From: Anaerolineae bacterium
Lineage (GTDB): Bacteria; Chloroflexota; Anaerolineae; B4-G1; SLSP01
Assembly (NCBI GenBank): GCA_049975025.1
Contig: JBNGDU010000116.1
Coordinates: 1 to 36,624, forward strand
Direction: 5' to 3'
DNA: 36,624 nucleotides
Each line of letters begins with the position of its first letter. The stretch's first letter is position 1. Position numbers and translations under genes: made by a program. Below are positions 33,121 to 36,624 of this stretch, one piece after another. Under the pieces are notes generated by a model, which saw nothing but the letters and a program-made list of their open reading frames with translations, did no database searches and was not told the origin of the DNA.

Positions 33121-34296
33121 GTGGCTATGCTGATCATCGACCTGCAGTGGTTCGTCTTCGGTTTGTTGATCACGTTGTTGGTCGCCTTCGGGGTGATCTC
33201 CTGGGTAGTCGGTCGCCGCACACGGCGTGTGCACCCTGAGTGCGCGGTGGCGGAGGATGAGTCAGCGCTGGTTCGCGTGTTGGGACAAGCCCCGTTTGGG
33301 GTGTTGATCCTGGAGGGTGAGTCGGTCAGTTACGTCAATGACAAGGCCCGACATCTGCTCAAGCTTTCGGGCGATGCAGGGACCATGCCGCACACCGATT
33401 GGGCGCAGCTGTTGCGGGAGGACCTGACGACCGTCAGGCAGGAGGGGGACGATGCCGGTCGCTACCGAAATGTGACCTTTGTCTCCGGTCGGACTGCGCG
33501 CTGGTGGGTCAGCACACTGGGGAATCGAGATGTGGTCATCCTATTGGACGTCAGCGCCCAGCAGCAGACTCGGCGCGCAGGCCAGATGCTGCTCAGCGAT
33601 CTGGGTCATGAGCTGCGCACGCCGGTCGCCACATTGCTGACACACCTAGAGATTCTTGGTCTCGAGGACGTCGGCGAAGAGGTCCAGCAACAGTCGCTGC
33701 AGCTGGCGCGGCGGGAGGCTCAGCGGATGTCGCGCCTAATCAACGATATGCTGGAATTGGGGCGCCTGGAGATGACCGAGTCCCTTACCCGGCGCCCGGT
33801 CAATCTGCTGGCGCTGGTCGAGGACGTCACCATCCAGAGCGCGCCCCAGGCGGCCCGGCGTGGGATGACGATCGAGGTCGAGGCGTCCTCGGCGCTGCCC
33901 CTGGTGCCGATCAACGCCGACCGGATGCGCCAGGCCTTTCTTAACCTGGTTGACAATGCCCTTAAATACGGTGACGTCGGAACGCGCATCACGCTCTCAC
34001 TCGAACGCACCGAGAGCGAGATCTCCTGCGCTGTCTGTGACACAGGCCCCGGGATTCCCGAAGAGCACCTATCCTTCGTCAAGCGGCGGTTCTACCGTGC
34101 AGCTGCCGACGACGTGGCGGGAAGCGGACTGGGCCTGGCGGTGGTGGAGGAGATTCTCCGACACCACGGCAGCGAGCTCGAGATCATGAGCCCGGTCTAC
34201 GAGGGACGCGGCGTCTGCGCTCGATTCCGCCTGCCGCTGGAACCTGTGACCGAGGGTGGGCAGCGCGCGCGTCGCCCGGGCGATGTCGGTCGCTGA
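33121..34296 (+). CDS. Sensor histidine kinase (TM, PAS-like, HisKA, HATPase_c)
   Basis: 391 aa, starting at GTG 33121 or ATG 33127. It has a TM helix (LIIDLQWFVFGLLITLLVAFGVISWVV), H-box LSDLGHELRTPVATL, N-box VDNALKYG, and G-boxes CDTGPGI and GSGLGLAVV. Confidence 0.88.
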   Translation: MAMLIIDLQWFVFGLLITLLVAFGVISWVVGRRTRRVHPECAVAEDESALVRVLGQAPFGVLILEGESVSYVNDKARHLLKLSGDAGTMPHTDWAQLLREDLTTVRQEGDDAGRYRNVTFVSGRTARWWVSTLGNRDVVILLDVSAQQQTRRAGQMLLSDLGHELRTPVATLLTHLEILGLEDVGEEVQQQSLQLARREAQRMSRLINDMLELGRLEMTESLTRRPVNLLALVEDVTIQSAPQAARRGMTIEVEASSALPLVPINADRMRQAFLNLVDNALKYGDVGTRITLSLERTESEISCAVCDTGPGIPEEHLSFVKRRFYRAAADDVAGSGLGLAVVEEILRHHGSELEIMSPVYEGRGVCARFRLPLEPVTEGGQRARRPGDVGR

Positions 34297-34305
34297 ATCC
34301 GAAGG

Positions 34306-35805
34306 ATGTTGAGCCAAGTGCGAGATTTATTGTCTGTGAGCAAGCCGTGGTGGCTGATCGTGCTCGTGGTTCTCCTGGGAGGCTACTGGCTACTTCCCAT
34401 CTCCGGTACGGTCATGGTGATCCCTGGGGAGGATGATCGCCTCGCCTGGCCCCGCTATCAGCTTGATGGCATAGGCCAGCAACCAGGCACCGTGGCTACC
34501 GTTGAGGTCACGGACATTCAACCGTGGTCCTTCGTGGATCTCGTCGTGGATGGCGTGCCCGCAACTGCACAGGGGGAAGCCACGAAGCGCGCAGAGACGT
34601 GGACCTGGCACTGGACCTATCGCGTGCCCGACCAAGCGGGATATGAGCTCATCTTCTACCGGGATTGCCATACCGGATGTCGGGAGCGCGGTCGTGTTGT
34701 GGTGGGCGTTCCGCGCGATGATCGACCTACTCACCTGCCTACCAAGTTGGGCGTGGTGATGCCGCGGCTTGACCGAGATTGGCATGGACGGAGCGGGTGG
34801 GCCGTGGAGATCACTTACGCGCTACGTCCTGAAGAGACGTATTGGGGCGTCGACGACCTGGCGACTCGGGTCGCGACACATCAGAAGAAGGGCCTACGCG
34901 TGCTCGTGCGGGTCGATTACGAACAGGAGCAGAGCCTGCCACCCACGGGAGACTACGTGGCTTTGGCCGAGTATCTGACCTACGTTCGTCGTCTGGCGCG
35001 AGACGAGCGCCTTGAGCACGTCTACGGTTATATCATCGGCAGCGATTTCAACACCTCCGAGGCCTTGTCCGCGACCGACGATGCGATCACGCCGGCCTGG
35101 TACGCGCGGCTTTTCAATGGCTACGGTGAGGATCCGACTCACACCGATAACGCGGTTCAGGTCATACGGGGCGAGAATCCTAAAGCGCGTGTGATTGTCG
35201 GCCCTCTGCGACCTTGGACCGGCGATGACGCCGACTGGCAGACGTCGTGTTCTGAGCCGTATGCCATCGATGTGCCCTGGCTCAACTACATGGATTGCCT
35301 CGTCAGTCTGCTCGATGCGTCGGCTCTGGCGAAGTCCCGGGGAGGCGTCCCCTTGGGGGCGCCGGATGGGTTTGACATGCAGGCGCCCGGAAGTCCCGAC
35401 GTGCCGGAGATGGCGGGGGCGTTGCGCGCCGACGAGCCGAGGACTGATCTGTCACGCGAGGCGTGGGGAGGTGCACAGGCGGGTTTCCGCGTCTACGAAG
35501 ACTGGCTGGAGATCACTAACGCCTATCCGACCACCCGCGGCTTGCCCGTGTACATCGTATCGACCAACACCTACAATCGCGCCGCCGGCATACCACCGGC
35601 ACAAAACTACCCCGCCGGGTGGCTCACGACGGCCCTTGACGTGGTCAACGGGGAGCCGCAGATCAAGGCTCTCTGCTGGTTTCTGGACGATTTCCCTCAC
35701 AGCGATCAATGGGACTGGTTCAGCTTGACGGAGCATCCCGGACGCCTTGTTGACGCGGCGGAGGAGTTCGATGCGCTCCTGATGGAGGCGCGTGCCGGAC
35801 CATGA
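34306..35805 (+). CDS. Membrane-anchored hypothetical protein, possibly a TIM-barrel glycoside-hydrolase-like fold (weak)
   Basis: 499 aa with an N-terminal TM helix (WWLIVLVVLLGGYWLL). The exported region has beta/alpha-like periodicity (GLRVLVRVDYE..., VYGYIIGSDFN..., ARVIVGPLRPW..., LPVYIVSTNTY...). I could not place a catalytic Glu pair. Its stop overlaps the regulator start as ATGA. Confidence 0.45.
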   Translation: MLSQVRDLLSVSKPWWLIVLVVLLGGYWLLPISGTVMVIPGEDDRLAWPRYQLDGIGQQPGTVATVEVTDIQPWSFVDLVVDGVPATAQGEATKRAETWTWHWTYRVPDQAGYELIFYRDCHTGCRERGRVVVGVPRDDRPTHLPTKLGVVMPRLDRDWHGRSGWAVEITYALRPEETYWGVDDLATRVATHQKKGLRVLVRVDYEQEQSLPPTGDYVALAEYLTYVRRLARDERLEHVYGYIIGSDFNTSEALSATDDAITPAWYARLFNGYGEDPTHTDNAVQVIRGENPKARVIVGPLRPWTGDDADWQTSCSEPYAIDVPWLNYMDCLVSLLDASALAKSRGGVPLGAPDGFDMQAPGSPDVPEMAGALRADEPRTDLSREAWGGAQAGFRVYEDWLEITNAYPTTRGLPVYIVSTNTYNRAAGIPPAQNYPAGWLTTALDVVNGEPQIKALCWFLDDFPHSDQWDWFSLTEHPGRLVDAAEEFDALLMEARAGP

Positions 35806-36440
35806 ATGACGGCGCTATGATCAGGGTTTTTCTTGCCGACGACCATCCTGCGCTGCGTTTTGGACTGCGCGTGCTTCTCGATCGCGAGCAGGATATTGTG
35901 GTCGTCGGTGAGGCTGATGATGGAGAATCGGCCCTCAACGAGATCACAGTCCTCGCACCGGACGTGGCCGTCCTGGACTGCCAACTCCCCGGCATGGAGG
36001 GAGGTGCTGTGGCGTCTCAGGTGCAGCGCCGCTGTCCGGATACGTCCGTCCTGGCGCTCTCCGCCTACGATGACGATCACTATATCGCCAGCATGGTACG
36101 AGCCGGCGCTGTTGGCTATCTGCTCAAGAATGAAGCTCCTGGTCAGATCGTGAGGGCCGTACAGGCGATCGCGGACGGTGACACGCTATGGACCGCTGAC
36201 CAGTTGGCCCGCGCGGAGCGGTGGGAGGCCGAGGTGGCCCTCGTTCGAGATAGCCTGACGGATCGAGAGCTGGAGGTTTTGGCGCTCGTCGCCGAGGGCA
36301 TGAGCAACAAGGAGATCGCTCAACGGCTTGTGGTGACCGTCAGAACGGTCGACTTCCACGTGAGCAATGTTCTGCGTAAGCTGAACGTTATCTCCCGGGT
36401 CGAGGCAGCGGTCTGGGCGCAGGCTCATCTCGACCTCTGA
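35802..36440 (+). CDS. Response regulator, NarL/FixJ family (receiver domain plus LuxR-type HTH)
   Basis: 212 aa, starting at ATG 35802 or ATG 35817 (MIRVFLADDHP). The phospho-acceptor context is VAVLDCQLPGMEG. The HTH reads LTDRELEVLALVAEGMSNKEIAQRLVVTVRTVDFHVSNVLRKL. Confidence 0.9.
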   Translation: MNDGAMIRVFLADDHPALRFGLRVLLDREQDIVVVGEADDGESALNEITVLAPDVAVLDCQLPGMEGGAVASQVQRRCPDTSVLALSAYDDDHYIASMVRAGAVGYLLKNEAPGQIVRAVQAIADGDTLWTADQLARAERWEAEVALVRDSLTDRELEVLALVAEGMSNKEIAQRLVVTVRTVDFHVSNVLRKLNVISRVEAAVWAQAHLDL

Positions 36441-36624
36441 CGTAGACAGATGCTCGTTCGTATGATCTGTTCGAGCATACCCGAGACTGGTAATCTTCAC
36501 AGTAGCATTTATCTTATGAGACGCTTACACTGAGACTACGATCATCTGTTCAGCATGGGAGCGCTCTTTGGGTCTGTGCCCTATACCTAACACGGGGCCG
36601 TAGGTGCACGCCTGACCTTGGGCG

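Noticed and set aside
1-36624. tRNA, rRNA, tmRNA, RNase P, SRP RNA, insertion sequences, integrases
   Set aside because: I scanned the larger intergenic regions by eye (16061-16243, 19351-19578, 23874-24104, 26832-27155, 27729-28068, 36441-36624). I found no T-loop GTTCGAATC-type motifs, no cloverleaf-sized GC-rich blocks, no terminal inverted repeats flanking an ORF, and no transposase or integrase-like ORFs. A tRNAscan or Infernal run would be the decisive check.

Overview
This is a 36.6-kb high-GC bacterial chromosomal window. Gene content and protein style look Chloroflexota-like, but that assignment is inference only. I recognised no rRNA, tRNA, CRISPR array, transposase or prophage block.

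Gene content:
- 1-11.8 kb, all on the minus strand: a co-directional de novo purine cluster. The order is purL (with two fused PurS domains), purQ, purC, a glycoside-hydrolase-like gene, purE (class II type), purF, a heparinase II/III-like gene, and purD.
- Next come miaA, a C39-like cysteine peptidase, yraN and an LCP-family envelope protein.
- Then a baseplate-J-like membrane protein, ruvX and mltG, arranged as an apparent operon.
- Then metE, a fused homocysteine-methyltransferase/MTHFR (YitJ-like), and alaS.
- Then a stand-alone cNMP-binding protein, a 224-aa orphan, and a CDP-alcohol phosphatidyltransferase that overlaps smc.
- The window ends with a histidine kinase, a membrane protein that may be TIM-barrel-like, and a NarL-type regulator.

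The most interesting non-coding signal is in the purL-purQ and purQ-purC spacers. They are two diverged copies of one ~185-nt element with conserved boxes and mutually exclusive GUGCG/CGCAC helices. Each copy ends just upstream of the next gene's Shine-Dalgarno. I cannot match the element by eye to any riboswitch class I know. Both copies are also bridged by small ORFs whose ends overlap the flanking genes.

Other signals:
- Heptamer (AAATCAC-like) tandem arrays at the purD and purL promoters.
- An 88-bp tandem duplication that carries the purE 3' end.
- Probable leaderless starts for miaA and the baseplate-J-like gene.
- A repeat-rich divergent control region between alaS and the cNMP-binding gene.
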